Part shown: positions 19,115 to 28,359 of the stretch, one piece after another
Numbering within the stretch: the first letter of the stretch is position 1
Layout of the letters: each line of letters opens with the position of its first letter
DNA from: an uncultured Solirubrobacterales bacterium
GTDB taxonomy: Bacteria; Actinomycetota; Thermoleophilia; Solirubrobacterales; Solirubrobacteraceae
Reading direction: 5' to 3'
Length of the DNA: 64,000 nucleotides
Assembly: GCA_963787535.1 (NCBI GenBank)
Contig: CAWBDB010000006.1
Location: forward strand, 54,944 to 118,943
Notes under the pieces: model-generated
Told to the model about the DNA's origin: nothing
What the model saw: the letters and a program-made list of their open reading frames with translations, nothing else
Database searches by the model: none
Translations under genes and position numbers: made by a program

Positions 19115-20290
19115 TCAACCGAGCGGATCAAGGCGAGCGAGGTAGACCTGGAACAGAGGGTTGACGATCCGCCAGTCCCCCCGCGATACGTGCTCGATGA
19201 CCCCCCCTCGGAGCAGCAGCTTGAGGACTCGATCCCTGATCGCCGGCGGCAGTCGCCGGGGGACTGGAGCGCCCATCGCCAGTGCACGAGCAACCTGGAG
19301 CGCATTCTTGTGCAGCCTCCTGATCTGCTCGACTGTCTGCTCCATCGTCGCAACATCACCTTCGAGCGCGGCGTTGTACCCGAGCTCGACGATGTCGAGG
19401 TCGATGTGCTGAGAGTCGAGCTGGACCGAGATGAGGTGGGTCTGCTGGGCGATCCGCATCGTCGCGCGTGGGTGTCGACCTCCGAGCTCGACGATCCGCC
19501 CGAGTGCCGCGGCCGTGATCGTGCAGCCATCGGCCGCGAAGCGCTCGCTCAGGCCGTGCGACCAGTCTTCGACCGTGATCGGTCGCAGCGTGTGAAACCC
19601 ACCGAAGCCACTGAAGGCTCGCTGGTGGGGGGCAAACAGGTCACGCATGACGTGCTCGATGCTCCCTGCAAACAGGTAACTGACGCTGGAGCTGCGCTGG
19701 AACACCGCCCGCATGCGCTTGGTGACGAGGTCCGGGTCCCCGTACGGGCGCCGCTCGCTGGCGAGCTCCTGGAACTCATCGAAGAACAGGACCAGCCGCC
19801 GGCCGTCCGCGCACGCCACCTGCTCGGAGAGACCGAGAGCCAGGTCGAGCGCTCGCTGAGGGTCTTGGGCCGCCCAGCCCGGTGTGATCGCGAGCTCGAT
19901 CGCCTCTCCGAACTGACCCTTCAGCTTGAGCATCGCGGCCGACTGGGTTGCACTCAGCGCAGCCCGTCCGAGTTCTCGGGCGCGACGGACCAGGCGCCGG
20001 GCAGGAGATCGGTTCGAGATCACCGCCACGACGAGCGCCTCGGCGAGCTCGGCGGCGTCGGAGATCCTGAACAGGTCCACCCGGGCCGTACACAAGCCCT
20101 GGCGCTGCACCCGGCCGAGTGCCGCCTCGCAGACGCTCGTCTTTCCTGTGCGACGAGGTCCGGCCAGGATCAGGTTTGTCCCGTTGGCGAGCGCGACCGC
20201 AATCTCGCGAACATCATCCGCGCGTCCGATCATCTGACTGGCGGGGATCGGCGCATCGGTGGGGAAGAGGTCGCCGCTGGCCTGTCGCAT
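19115..20290 (-). CDS. AAA+ ATPase (archaeal-ATPase/Cdc6-like) with probable C-terminal winged helix
   Basis: IGR..., Walker A GPRRTGKTS, Walker B LVLFFDEFQ, LFAGS sensor, G.HP motif, C-terminal GVIEHVSRGDWRIVNPLF. Confidence 0.85.
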   Translation of the reverse strand: MRQASGDLFPTDAPIPASQMIGRADDVREIAVALANGTNLILAGPRRTGKTSVCEAALGRVQRQGLCTARVDLFRISDAAELAEALVVAVISNRSPARRLVRRARELGRAALSATQSAAMLKLKGQFGEAIELAITPGWAAQDPQRALDLALGLSEQVACADGRRLVLFFDEFQELASERRPYGDPDLVTKRMRAVFQRSSSVSYLFAGSIEHVMRDLFAPHQRAFSGFGGFHTLRPITVEDWSHGLSERFAADGCTITAAALGRIVELGGRHPRATMRIAQQTHLISVQLDSQHIDLDIVELGYNAALEGDVATMEQTVEQIRRLHKNALQVARALAMGAPVPRRLPPAIRDRVLKLLLRGGVIEHVSRGDWRIVNPLFQVYLARLDPLG

Positions 20291-20376
20291 GCCCCGAGAT
20301 CATATCATCGGGCATTACTCAAAATATGTAGTGAGTTTACTCAGGATCTGTATCAGTTTTGCAGAGGGCGACCATC

Positions 20377-20619
20377 GTGAGCGCGTCCCGGCGGCTGGCG
20401 GTGCCGCGTCGGGTTGCGGTCAGCCCTGCCGAGGACGGCTCCCCTGCCGTCGTGGACGGGAGGCAGGTGGACTGCACGCGGGAGTCGTGGCTGGTCGAGG
20501 ATCGCTGGTGGACCGAACGTCCGCTCAGGCGGCGCTACTGGGAGATCGTCACCACCTGTGGACGAGACCAGGTCGTCTTTCGCGATCTGCACAGTGGGAG
20601 GTGGTGGCGTCAGCGGTGA
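20377..20619 (+). CDS. Small mutasome-associated protein resembling the ImuB C-terminal module (DUF6504-like)
   Basis: ESWLVEDRWW..RRRYWEIVT..G..VVFRDL..GRW; GTG start after GAGGG RBS. Confidence 0.7.
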   Translation: MSASRRLAVPRRVAVSPAEDGSPAVVDGRQVDCTRESWLVEDRWWTERPLRRRYWEIVTTCGRDQVVFRDLHSGRWWRQR

Positions 20620-20647
20620 GTGCAAGTGCCCGCATAAACTCATACGG

Positions 20648-21799
20648 ATGAGCCGCACTGGGCAGTTCACCGATCCCGGGCCTGCCGCCGTGGGAACCTG
20701 GAGCGGGGGGCGCTTCATGCGCTTCGGCGCCCCGCTGGAGGAGGATCGTTTCATCTCGCTGATCACTCCCGATCAGACGATCAGGACCGTAATCACCGCC
20801 GACGTCTACGGCGAAGGTCAGGCCGACGAGATGCTCGGACGGGCCCTCGCCGGTCGCCGGCGGGAGGACATCTGCGTGGTTGGAGCGGTTGGCCACGACT
20901 TCTACTCCGGCCAGCGCGACGGCGCCAAGGGGTTCCCCCGCTTCACCGACGCGCGGCTGCGCCGGGAAGTCGACTACGGCGACTACCTGAAGATGGCCAC
21001 CGAGCGAAGCCTGCAGCGGTGTGGCATCGACAGCTTCGACCTGTTGCTGCTGCACAACCCTGATCGGGCCGGCTACAACAGCCCGGCGGTGTGGGCGGGC
21101 ATGGCGGCGCTACGCGATCGCCGGCTGACGCGGATGATCGGCGTCGCCCCGGGTCCGGCCAACGGCTTCACGCTCGACCTGATCGACTGCCTGGAGCGCT
21201 ACGGCGAGCTGCTGGACTGGGCGATGATCATCCTCAACCCGCTCGAGCCCTGGCCCGGCGAGCTGTGCCTGGACGCGGCGGCACTCGCCGGCGTCCAGGT
21301 GATCACGCGCGTGGTCGACTACGGCGGTCTGTTCTTCGACGACGTTCTGCCCGGTCAGGCGATGGAACCCCATGACCATCGTCGCTTCCGCCCCGATGGT
21401 TGGATTGAGGCTGGGCGCACGCGCCTGGAGCAGATGCGGCCGATCGCGCAGCGGCTGCACCTGAGCACGATCCAGCTCGCGTGCCAGTGGAACCTGGCCC
21501 ACCGCCCGGTGGCCTGCGTGGTCCCGACGCTGATCCAGGAGGCCGGTGCCGACGCGCGCCCGGTGGAGGATAAGCGTGCCGAACTTGCTGCTCTGCCGAC
21601 CGAGCTCCGGCTGGGCGCCGAGGACGTCCGTGATGTACGTCAGATCGGGGACAACACCGGCTCGATGGCCCTCAAGGGCGGTAATCCCGGGCATGACGGG
21701 GAGGAGCGACCCGACCGCTGGGGTCTCGACGAGCGCCTGGAGGCGGTGGCACGGCGCTGGCGCATCGAACCCGAGCGTGACTTGGTCCAAGTGGCATGA
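20648..21799 (+). CDS. Aldo/keto reductase
   Basis: VGTW, TADVYGEGQADEMLG, ERSLQRCGIDSFDLLLLHNPD, QLACQW; ATG 20648. Confidence 0.85.
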   Translation: MSRTGQFTDPGPAAVGTWSGGRFMRFGAPLEEDRFISLITPDQTIRTVITADVYGEGQADEMLGRALAGRRREDICVVGAVGHDFYSGQRDGAKGFPRFTDARLRREVDYGDYLKMATERSLQRCGIDSFDLLLLHNPDRAGYNSPAVWAGMAALRDRRLTRMIGVAPGPANGFTLDLIDCLERYGELLDWAMIILNPLEPWPGELCLDAAALAGVQVITRVVDYGGLFFDDVLPGQAMEPHDHRRFRPDGWIEAGRTRLEQMRPIAQRLHLSTIQLACQWNLAHRPVACVVPTLIQEAGADARPVEDKRAELAALPTELRLGAEDVRDVRQIGDNTGSMALKGGNPGHDGEERPDRWGLDERLEAVARRWRIEPERDLVQVA

Positions 21800-21820
21800 C
21801 CCCACCGCTCCTGTGGGAGG

Positions 21821-22432
21821 CTATCCCTCGGCCGGGATTACGAGCTTCTCGGCGCGGACCCATTCACATCCGACCGACAGGTCCTCGACGCCCATCGCCG
21901 CGGCTACGTTCAGCCACATCCCGTAGCGGAAGAAGTCATCGATCCGCTCGGGCTCTGCGCCTGATAGTTGCTCCACCTGGGCGACCAGCCCTGCGTACCA
22001 GCCCCGGACACGGGTCCGGATCAGCTCGTCGTCGCAGGCGGCGTACGCCTGGTGCTGGAGCAGCAGCGAATCGCGGTCTGAGCTCAGCAGCTCCACGTAG
22101 GCCTTGCCCATCGCGGTGAGCACCGTGGCCTCGGGCTCGGCGCGTTCAGGGTCGAACGCCGTAGCGGCCTGCGTGAAGGTCTCGCCGACCTGCTGGAAAG
22201 CACGCTCGATCGCGGCCAGGAACAGGTCTCGCTTGCTGGCGAACAGACTGAACACGTACGGCTGAGCGATGCCCACCCGCCGGGCGATCCGATCGACCGG
22301 CGTTCCGTGCAGTCCGCCGTGGGCGAACTCATGCACGGCGGCCTCGATCAGCGCCTCCCGGCGCTCGGAGGCCGGGACGCGCTGTCGGGAAGTGCCGTGC
22401 TCGCTGATCGAAGCGGGGCTCATGCTCTTCAC
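21821..22432 (-). CDS. TetR/AcrR-family transcriptional regulator
   Basis: AAVHEFAHGGLHGTPVDRIARRVGIAQPYVFSLFASKRDLF HTH. Confidence 0.9.
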   Translation of the reverse strand: MKSMSPASISEHGTSRQRVPASERREALIEAAVHEFAHGGLHGTPVDRIARRVGIAQPYVFSLFASKRDLFLAAIERAFQQVGETFTQAATAFDPERAEPEATVLTAMGKAYVELLSSDRDSLLLQHQAYAACDDELIRTRVRGWYAGLVAQVEQLSGAEPERIDDFFRYGMWLNVAAAMGVEDLSVGCEWVRAEKLVIPAEG

Positions 22433-22449
22433 GCGATCCTAGGGGACGC

Positions 22450-23913
22450 TCAGGCGGCCTGGTCGGCGAGCCCGGGGGCAGGTGCGAGCATGCCGCGTCG
22501 AGCGGGATCGGCCGGCGCCGGCGCCGCCGACCGTCTGCGGAACGGCAACGCCGCCGCGATCAGCGCGCCGATGCCGAGCATCGCCACGCCCACCCACATG
22601 GCCGGAACCAGGCCATTGACGAATGCCTGAGGCGAGCCGTAGCCGCCGTGGGCGGTGAACACCGTGGCCAGCACCGCGATGCCGAGGACCCCGCCGAGCT
22701 CGCGGATCGCGTTGGTGGCGCCTGACGCCTGGCCGGTCTGCTCGGTGCGCACCGATGCCAGCACCGCATTGGCCGAAGGCGCGAACACCAGCGCCATCCC
22801 CGCGCCCGCGAGCACGAACGGGGCGATCATGCTCGCGTAGCTCTGGCCGACACCGGCCAGCAGGGACAACCACCCCAGCGCGATCGCCTGCAGGCTGAGC
22901 CCGGCGACCATGAACAGCCGGCTGCCGTAGCGCTCGGAGAAGAACCCGGCCAGCGGCGCCACCACCATCGTTGCCCCGGTCCACACCAGCAACTTGACCC
23001 CGGCTTGTAGCGGCGTGTTGTGGAGCACGTTCTGCAGGTACTGACTGAGGAAGAAGATCGACCCGAACATCCCGAAGTACATCGCCAGCGAAACCGCGTT
23101 GGTGACGGCAAAGCCGCGGTCGGCAAAGAAGCTCATCGGCAGCATCGGCTCCTCGACGCGCCGCTCGTAGACCACGAAGGCCACGATCAGCACTGAGCCG
23201 AGGATCAGGGCGAGGAGGATCTCGGGACTGCCCCACCCCTGCGACTGCGAACGCACCAGGCCGTAAACGATCCCGAACAGTCCGCTCGAGGCCAGCAGCA
23301 GGCCAGGCAGGTCGAGCTGGCGTGAGCGTCCCCGGCTCTCGACCAGCCGGCTGCCGGCCAGGGGAACGAGGATGGCGCCGATGGGAACGTTGATCCAGAA
23401 GATCCAGTGCCAGGAGAGGGCATTGACGACGGCTCCGCCGACGAGTGGGCCGAGGGCCACGGCGATCCCGCTGATGCCCGACCAGACCCCGATGGCTACG
23501 CCCCTACGCGCGGGTGGAAACGCCTCGGCCAGGAGGGTGAGTGTCAGGGGCGTGACCACTGCGGCCCCGGTACCTTGAACGGCGCGGGCGGCAATCAGCA
23601 GACCGGTGCTGGGCGCCAGCGCCGCGCCGGCAGAGGCGAGCGTGAACAGGGTGATGCCGCCCATGAACAAGCGCTTGCGGCCAAAGCGATCGCCGAGCGC
23701 GGATCCGGTGAGCAGCAATACCGCGTAGGCGAGCACGTACGCATTGACGGTCCACTCGAGCCCCTGGATCGAGGCGCTGAGGTCACGGTGGATGCTGGGC
23801 AGCGCGACGCTGACCACGAGGTTGTCGAGGACGACCATGAACAGCCCGATGGACACGATCGCCAGCGTCCAGTTCCTGCTCGGGGCGCGACCTTGACGAT
23901 GAGGATGAGCCAT
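22450..23913 (-). CDS. DHA2 MFS efflux transporter
   Basis: LDNLVVSVALPSI, GSALGDRFGRKR, WHWIFWINVPIG. Confidence 0.9.
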   Translation of the reverse strand: MAHPHRQGRAPSRNWTLAIVSIGLFMVVLDNLVVSVALPSIHRDLSASIQGLEWTVNAYVLAYAVLLLTGSALGDRFGRKRLFMGGITLFTLASAGAALAPSTGLLIAARAVQGTGAAVVTPLTLTLLAEAFPPARRGVAIGVWSGISGIAVALGPLVGGAVVNALSWHWIFWINVPIGAILVPLAGSRLVESRGRSRQLDLPGLLLASSGLFGIVYGLVRSQSQGWGSPEILLALILGSVLIVAFVVYERRVEEPMLPMSFFADRGFAVTNAVSLAMYFGMFGSIFFLSQYLQNVLHNTPLQAGVKLLVWTGATMVVAPLAGFFSERYGSRLFMVAGLSLQAIALGWLSLLAGVGQSYASMIAPFVLAGAGMALVFAPSANAVLASVRTEQTGQASGATNAIRELGGVLGIAVLATVFTAHGGYGSPQAFVNGLVPAMWVGVAMLGIGALIAAALPFRRRSAAPAPADPARRGMLAPAPGLADQAA

Positions 23914-23932
23914 GGAGGGAAATCTCCTTAAG

Positions 23933-23967
23933 AGTGATTGCTAACTACATAGAACTTAGCAGTTACT
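23933..23967. promoter_or_regulatory. Probable TetR operator (inverted repeat) in AT-rich MFS/dnaE2 divergent promoter
   Basis: AGTGATTGCTAA-N11-TTAGCAGTTACT, 10/12 complementary. Confidence 0.6.
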
Positions 23968-24005
23968 AAGACCTTGTCAAGGAGAGGACCCGTCAGGGCT
24001 CTATG

Positions 24006-24019
24006 CGAACATACGTTCG
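24006..24019. promoter_or_regulatory. LexA (SOS) box abutting the dnaE2 start codon
   Basis: CGAAC-ATAC-GTTCG directly followed by ATG 24020. Confidence 0.9.
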
Positions 24020-27000
24020 ATGTACACGGAGCTTCACTGCCACTCCGCCTTCTCGTTCTTGGACGGCGCCTCCCTTCCCGACGAGCTGGCGGCGGCCTCG
24101 GCAGAGCAGGGATACGAGGCGCTGGCGCTCACCGACCACAACACCGTCTCGGGATCGATGGAGTTTGCGGTGTCGGCCCGGGCATTCGGGCTGCGCCCGA
24201 TCCACGGCGCCGAGATCGACCTGGACGATGAGCGCCATCTCACGCTGCTGGTCCAGGACGCCCGGGGGTGGTCGAACCTCTGCCGGATCCTCACTCACGC
24301 GCATGCGCACACGCGTCAGGCGCCGGGACCGCCCACGCAGCCGTTCGTCTCGCTGGATACCGTGCTGGGGCACGCCGAGGGGCTTGTCTGCCTCAGCGGC
24401 TGCGCCCTTCGGGGCATACACGACGAGCTCACGCTCAGGCAGCTGCGGGAGGCATTCCAACCCGAGCGCTTGCGGATCGAGCTGCAGCGGCCCTTCCTGC
24501 GCGACGATCGGGCGCGCAACCGGCGCCTCATTGGGTTGGCCCAGCGGCTCGAGCTGCGGTGCGTGGCCACCGGCAACGTCCACGCCCACGCGCGCTCTCG
24601 CGGTCCTCTGCAGGATGCCCTGGTGGCGATCCGCCTGCACGCGACGCTCGATGCCTCCGAGCCCGGTCGACGCGGCAACTTCAGCCACGTGCTCGCCTCC
24701 CCGGAGACGATGGCGGCCCGCTTCGGCGAGCATCCGGAGGCGGTGGCGGAGACGGCGCAGCTGGCCGATCGCCTTCGCTTCGACCTCGGCAGCGATCTGG
24801 GCTACAGGTATCCGGGGGCCGAGGACGGGCGGGCGATGCGCACGCTGGCCGAGCTCTGTGACAGCAGGTTGCACGGGCGATATGCCGGCGAACCCGAGCT
24901 CCTGCGCCGGCAGGCAAGCTCGCGGCTGGAGGAGGAGCTGCGCATCATCGAGGCGCTCGATCTCCCCGGATTCTTCCTCCTGCACCACGATCTGCTGGAG
25001 CTGGCGCGTGAGGTCGCGGTCGAGGTTCGCGGACCGGACAGCGCCCGAGCGCTGCTGCCGCCGGGGCGCGGGCGCGGCTCGAGCGTTTCCTCGATCGTCT
25101 GCTACCTGACCGGTCTCTCGCACGTCGACCCGGTCGCCAACGAGCTGATGATCGGCCGCTTTCTCAACGAGGAGCTGACCTCGCTGCCGGACATCGACCT
25201 CGACTTCCCGCGGGACATCAGGGAGGCATTGATCCCGCGCATCCATCAACGCTACGGTCACGACCGCTCCGCGCTGGTGGCGGCATTCCCCACCTACCGC
25301 GCCCGCGGGGCGATTCGGGAGCTGGGCAAGGCGCTGGGCCTACCGCCGGCGGAGCTCGAGCGTGTGGCCCGGGGAAGCGAGGGCTGGGATGCCCGCCAGG
25401 TGGCGAAGGACATCGACAGCGCGTTCGCGTTACCCGATTCCGCTGGGCAGGAGAGTCGGCATCCTGGAGCGGTGCAGGCAAACGAACGCCGAGGGGCGGG
25501 TGGCCGATGGGCCTGGCTCGCGCGGCTGGCGGCGCAGGCGCATGGTTTGCCGCGGCACCTCTCTCAGCACTCGGGGGGGATGATCGTCGCCACCCGGCCG
25601 CTGATCGACTGCTGCCCGATCGTACCCGCGGCGATGGAGGGGCGCCAGATCGTGCAGTGGGACAAGGATTCCTGCTCGGACGCCGGGTTCCTGAAGATCG
25701 ACCTGCTCGGGCTGGGGATGCTCTCGGCAGTGGAGCGGACGGTCGAGCTGATCGCGCACACCCGTGGCGAACGCATCGACCTCTCACGGATTCCCTACGA
25801 CGACCCGGAGACCTACCGGGGCATTCAGGAGGCCGACACCACAGGCGTCTTCCAGATCGAGAGCCGGGCCCAGATGGCCTCGCTGAGGCGGACACGGCCG
25901 GAGAACCTCCAGGACATCACCATCCAGGTGGCGATCGTGCGGCCGGGACCGATCCAGGGCGGAGCGGTCAATCCCTACATCGAGCGCCGCCAGCGGCTGC
26001 GACTGGACCCCGGCTACGAGGTCCCCTACGAGCATCCATCGCTGGAGCCGGTTCTGCGGGAGACACTCGGCACGATCATCTTCCAGGACCAGGTGCTGGA
26101 GGTGGCGATCGCGTTCGCTGGCTTCTCGGTGGGGGAGGCCGAGGGCCTGCGGCGAGCGATGAGCCGCAAGCGCTCGGAGTCGGCGATCGAGGCCTACCAC
26201 CGGCGCTTCGTCGCCGGAGCCCAGCGCCGGCACGGAGTCGATCAGGACACCGCTGAACGGGTGTTCGCGATGGTGCAGGGCTTCTCGGGCTTCGGCTTTC
26301 CCAAGGCGCACGGAGCGGCGTTCGGATTGCTCGCGTATCAGTCGACGTGGCTGCGTGTCCACTACGGACCCGAGCTTCTATGCTCGCTGCTCAACGAGCA
26401 GCCGATGGGTTTCTATCCTCCTGATGCCCTCGTGCACGAGGCCCAGCGACGAGGGATCGAGGTGCTGGCGCCCGACGTCAATCGCAGCGCGGCGGAGTGC
26501 GAGATGGAGCTGGGGCCCGGAGGCGACGCTGGCGGCGGCAGGGTGCGGATCGGGTTGGGGTACGTCCGCGGCGTGCGTGAGCAGGACATCCGGCGGCTCG
26601 TCACCGCCCGCGAGCAGGGTGGCCTGTTCCGGGGTCTCGCCGATCTCGCATCACGCGCGGGCGCGGGAACGCCGGCGCTCGAGCCGCTGGCATGGTCGGG
26701 TGCCTGCGATCCTCTGGTGGAGGGAAGCAGGGCCGTGATCGACGGCGTCGTCGCGGCTGCCCGCGGGAGCTCTGCACGGCGGATAGCCCTATGGCAGCTG
26801 GGAGTGGTCACGCCGGGGCGGGGCGTGCCCGGGGGGACGCAGCTGGCACTGCCGCTCGACCTACCCGCGCCGCCCCCGCTGCGCGAGCTCTCGGCATGGG
26901 AGTCGATGCTCGCCGATTACGGGACGACGGGACTGACCGTCCACGCGCACCCTCTGCGTCTGCTGCGGGACCGTCTGCCCCCGGGTACCGTGTCCAGCGC

Positions 27001-27475
27001 CGGCCTGGAGCGGCTGGAGCACTCCTGCCGGGTCAAGGTCGCAGGCCTCGTCGTCGCCCGCCAACGTCCTGGAACCGCCAACGGAGTGGTGTTCGTGCTC
27101 TTGGAAGATGAGCTCGGGACGATCAACCTGATCGTGCCCGCTCCGGTGTATGAGCGCCACCGACTGACCGTGCGCACCGAGCCGCTGATGATCGCTGAGG
27201 GCAAGCTGGAGCGGTTCGCCGCCGGAGGAGGAGTGATCAACGTGCTGGTCGACCGGGTCGACTCCATCGCGGCTCCGGATCGGCTCCTGGCTGAGGTCAA
27301 GGACTTCTCGATGCTTGACGAGCAGGTACGGATCGGACTGGCCGAGCAGCGAGCCTCTCCGGGGGTGAAGGCGGCGGATCAGGGGCAAGGGGCGGATGAG
27401 ACCCAGATCGAGGCCGAGGACTTCCGCGCCGTGGCCCCCCCGGTGATGAGCTTCGCCTCCGGCAGGAGGCGATGA
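24020..27475 (+). CDS. dnaE2: Error-prone DNA polymerase DnaE2 (ImuC)
   Basis: YTELHCHSAFSFLDGAS PHP start, GRGSSVSS, PDIDLDF, SQHSGG, LKIDLLGL, GFPKAH, LLNEQPMGFY, VARQRPGTANG OB fold; LexA box. Confidence 0.95.
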   Translation: MYTELHCHSAFSFLDGASLPDELAAASAEQGYEALALTDHNTVSGSMEFAVSARAFGLRPIHGAEIDLDDERHLTLLVQDARGWSNLCRILTHAHAHTRQAPGPPTQPFVSLDTVLGHAEGLVCLSGCALRGIHDELTLRQLREAFQPERLRIELQRPFLRDDRARNRRLIGLAQRLELRCVATGNVHAHARSRGPLQDALVAIRLHATLDASEPGRRGNFSHVLASPETMAARFGEHPEAVAETAQLADRLRFDLGSDLGYRYPGAEDGRAMRTLAELCDSRLHGRYAGEPELLRRQASSRLEEELRIIEALDLPGFFLLHHDLLELAREVAVEVRGPDSARALLPPGRGRGSSVSSIVCYLTGLSHVDPVANELMIGRFLNEELTSLPDIDLDFPRDIREALIPRIHQRYGHDRSALVAAFPTYRARGAIRELGKALGLPPAELERVARGSEGWDARQVAKDIDSAFALPDSAGQESRHPGAVQANERRGAGGRWAWLARLAAQAHGLPRHLSQHSGGMIVATRPLIDCCPIVPAAMEGRQIVQWDKDSCSDAGFLKIDLLGLGMLSAVERTVELIAHTRGERIDLSRIPYDDPETYRGIQEADTTGVFQIESRAQMASLRRTRPENLQDITIQVAIVRPGPIQGGAVNPYIERRQRLRLDPGYEVPYEHPSLEPVLRETLGTIIFQDQVLEVAIAFAGFSVGEAEGLRRAMSRKRSESAIEAYHRRFVAGAQRRHGVDQDTAERVFAMVQGFSGFGFPKAHGAAFGLLAYQSTWLRVHYGPELLCSLLNEQPMGFYPPDALVHEAQRRGIEVLAPDVNRSAAECEMELGPGGDAGGGRVRIGLGYVRGVREQDIRRLVTAREQGGLFRGLADLASRAGAGTPALEPLAWSGACDPLVEGSRAVIDGVVAAARGSSARRIALWQLGVVTPGRGVPGGTQLALPLDLPAPPPLRELSAWESMLADYGTTGLTVHAHPLRLLRDRLPPGTVSSAGLERLEHSCRVKVAGLVVARQRPGTANGVVFVLLEDELGTINLIVPAPVYERHRLTVRTEPLMIAEGKLERFAAGGGVINVLVDRVDSIAAPDRLLAEVKDFSMLDEQVRIGLAEQRASPGVKAADQGQGADETQIEAEDFRAVAPPVMSFASGRRR

Positions 27476-27619
27476 TCCTCTCGCCGTACCCGGAGACGGG
27501 ACGTTCGGTTGCCGCCCGTTCGTCCTCAGGCTCGCCTGTTCGCCGTGAGCCCCTCCCGGTCGCCATCACGCTGGTCCCATTCGCCGTCAGGCTCGCCCGC
27601 ACGATATGGTCCGCGCCCG

Positions 27620-28147
27620 ATGCTCGCCACCGTTCTCTTCCTCGCCCTCTGGGTGGTGCTTGCCCTGGTCCTGTTCTTCATCGCTGCGCGGGGCGGGATG
27701 GGAGGTGCCCGCGCGGCTTTCCAGACTCAGTCCCGCGGTGGCCGTAGAGCGATCAGCGTGATCTTCGTGATTCTGTACGTCGGCTTCGGCATCGCCCTGC
27801 CGACTGCTTTCCTGACCGGCAATCATGCCAACGCCAGCAGCCAGATCGGGGGCGTCAAGCTGACCAAGGAGGAGGGGCGTGGACGCGAGCTGTTCGGGCA
27901 AGTCTGCGGCATGTGCCACACGCTGGCGGCGGCCAACACCGTCGGCAAGGTGGGACCGAACCTCGACATGCTGAAGCCGCCCTACTCGCTGGTCTACAAC
28001 ACGATCAACAACGGATGCCTCCAGAACCCGCCGCCGGGCAGCCCCCAGGCTTGTCTCGGCCAGGGGATCATGCCCGCTCAACTGCTGCAGAGCCGGGACG
28101 CGAACGATGTGTCCCAGTTCGTGGCCAAGGTTGCCGGCAAGGAGTAG
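27620..28147 (+). CDS. Membrane-anchored monoheme c-type cytochrome
   Basis: Two N-terminal TM helices, CGMCH heme motif, GKVGPNLD, GIMPA distal Met. Confidence 0.85.
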   Translation: MLATVLFLALWVVLALVLFFIAARGGMGGARAAFQTQSRGGRRAISVIFVILYVGFGIALPTAFLTGNHANASSQIGGVKLTKEEGRGRELFGQVCGMCHTLAAANTVGKVGPNLDMLKPPYSLVYNTINNGCLQNPPPGSPQACLGQGIMPAQLLQSRDANDVSQFVAKVAGKE

Positions 28148-28212
28148 CTCCGGCCGCGAGCCTCCTCGAGGTCACTTTCCGTCCGGACCGCTGTTAGCAT
28201 GATGACCCTGTA

Positions 28213-28345
28213 CAGCTGAATTCCCGTTCCGTGAGCTCAGGCTCGCGGATGGAAGCGGGGGACCCAGGTTGTTGGGGCTAATCGCGCCCAAACGCGTAGC
28301 GCCGCTCTTTCGGCGCGAGCCCGTCAGCTAACCCCGCAAGCACAA
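28213..28345 (+). ncRNA. c-di-AMP (ydaO/yuaA) riboswitch
   Basis: Conserved blocks in order: GCTGAAT, GGAAGCGGGGGACCCA, TGGGGCTAATC, GCCCGTCAGCTAACCCCGCAAGC; RBS and ATG 28360 follow. Confidence 0.9.
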
Positions 28346-28359
28346 GAAAGAGGACAGAC

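Noticed and set aside
19050-20368. ATPase insert as an IS or transposon with a GAGGG target-site duplication
   Set aside because: No transposase or terminal inverted repeats; a 5-mer match is expected by chance and the right copy doubles as the RBS of the next gene.
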